From positions 186,001 through 210,786 of the forward strand of contig LVLI01000196.1 in the NCBI GenBank assembly GCA_001687465.1: 24,786 nt of DNA. Direction: 5' to 3'. Positions 23,658 to 24,786 of this stretch are shown one piece after another; the stretch's first letter is position 1, and every line of letters begins with the position of its first letter. This stretch comes from Halocafeteria seosinensis. Lineage: Eukaryota. The notes under the pieces were generated by a model. It was not told the origin of the DNA. It saw only the letters and a list, made by a program, of their open reading frames with translations, and made no database searches. The translations under genes and the position numbers were made by a program.

Positions 23658-24786
23658 CTATTTTTGTTTCGAATTTTTAGCTAGAAGCGCCTCGACAGTC
23701 CAATCGTACTCGTCCTGTAGTTTTCCTTCCTTCTTCCTGCTCCGCTGCCTCTTTGGATCTAATCCCAATAACCAGAGGATGGGCTAGGTCAACAACATCC
23801 TCCGGGGTAAATTTAGCACGCTTAGTCATCCCTTCAAGAATGAGCGCAACGTTTATCTCTATACCCGTTTCCGTTTGTAAAATGGCTTGGTCGGCACCCA
23901 CTTCGTCGGAGGCAGTGAACGCCTCTTCATTGTCGGGCCCGCTGCTGTTCAAAGAAGGTGACGTTGCCGAAGCCGACTGGCTGTTAGAAGAGGAATCCGA
24001 AGATGCCGCCAATGATTCATTGCTACATGACGGTGACTCTGTCTCGCCTGATAAATTGGAGGACTTGGACTTCGATTGATTGTCGTATACAGCCAAGATA
24101 GATTGGTCATTGGCTTCTTCGCATCTTCAGCCACATAGAAGAACTTACTTTGAGCAAGCATTTTCAGTTTCTCAAGTTTGAGACTGCTTTGTGAGTCTGT
24201 GTGTATCGCGCCGAGGTGGCTGAGCAGCCACTCAACTTCGACGCTAGTCGGCTTTATTTTGAAGAGTTTGAGAGCAAGTGCGCGTAGAGGACCGCCGGTT
24301 CTTTCATCAATTTGTTCCCAGTATGTAAGGGCGTCATACTGCCACCACTTTGCTCATGTTTTCCATCCATTTCTGCATGACATTGGAAGTCACATTGACA
24401 AGCTTTCGGAGCTGCGGTACTCCGTCGAAATATCGACGACATTTAAAACGCGGGATGTTCACCTATCTTGCCGATGTTGTATCCATTTAAGCTTCTTCGT
24501 TTTTTGTCACTCCAACCATCAAACTGCAAGGTGTATCCTCCATCGCTTTCACGGATATCTGACCACATTACTTGCCAGATTCTGGCGTGCTCGGTCTGCA
24601 AGATTCGCGTGTCCATCGTTTCACGTGATACTCGTGCGTATGCAGGTCGGAGGCGGGATATAAACTCTTTCCATCTTGAATTGCGTAATACATTGAATGG
24701 AATGTTGCAAGCTATCAAAGCTCGAATCAGCAAAAAATGAACCTGCTCTGCAGCTTTGGCTGTCGTTACGAACGAAAGCGTACCAG
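23658..24786 (-). pseudogene. hAT transposase pseudogene (frameshifts and a large internal deletion)
   Basis: IACNIPFNVLRNSRWKEFISRLRPAY...SRETM and YTLQFDGWSD (first catalytic Asp). Then frameshifted LNVVDISTEYRSSESL and KVVAV, followed directly by the C-terminal dimerisation region YWEQI...LRALALKLFKIKPTSVEVEWLLSHLG and an acidic tail ending QDEYDWTVEALL. Frameshifts at about 24445, 24385, 24115 and 23725. Confidence 0.8.

Larger units (their letters stand above)
23488..24786 (-). mobile_element. Defective hAT-superfamily DNA transposon; 3' end is in the window, the rest continues past the right edge
   Basis: Transposase remnant plus a GC-rich terminal region: GTGGGGC twice at 23491-23504 and eight TGCCA/TGGCA motifs at 23522-23591. 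The exact TIR boundary cannot be fixed without the other end. Confidence 0.75.

Noticed and set aside
334..24740. Many antisense or alternate-frame ORFs of 60-160 aa overlapping the genes above
   Set aside because: Shadows of real coding sequence with no independent motifs.
1..24786. Prokaryotic systems (CRISPR arrays, operons), rRNA, tRNA, alternative genetic code
   Set aside because: No regular repeat-spacer array or RNA-gene signature was seen by eye. Genes have spliceosomal introns, and TAA, TAG and TGA all serve as stops at family-appropriate C-termini.

Overview
Gene-dense eukaryotic nuclear DNA with the standard genetic code and short GT-AG introns (about 59-123 bp). A protist such as a stramenopile/SAR lineage is plausible, but that is inference. 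I rebuilt seven intact genes by joining ORF fragments at splice sites that keep the reading frame: a ~2045-aa uncharacterised protein (+), a GH47 class I alpha-1,2-mannosidase with a long Cys-rich N-terminal extension (-), PTEN (-), a long DONSON homolog (-), an ankyrin-repeat protein (+), the RAD51 paralog RAD51B (+), and histidyl-tRNA synthetase fused to a degenerate histidine-ammonia-lyase-like domain (-). The right end holds a frameshifted, internally deleted hAT transposon that ends about 150 bp upstream of the HisRS start. The most notable observations are the HAL-like/HisRS fusion, a 9-bp tail-to-tail coding overlap of RAD51B and HisRS, and a 146-bp element with perfect 13-bp inverted ends, an AGGA flanking duplication and a cUUCGg hairpin in the DONSON/ankyrin divergent intergenic region. 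I found no clear evidence of a new multi-gene system. Family assignments come from recalled motifs; no database search was run.
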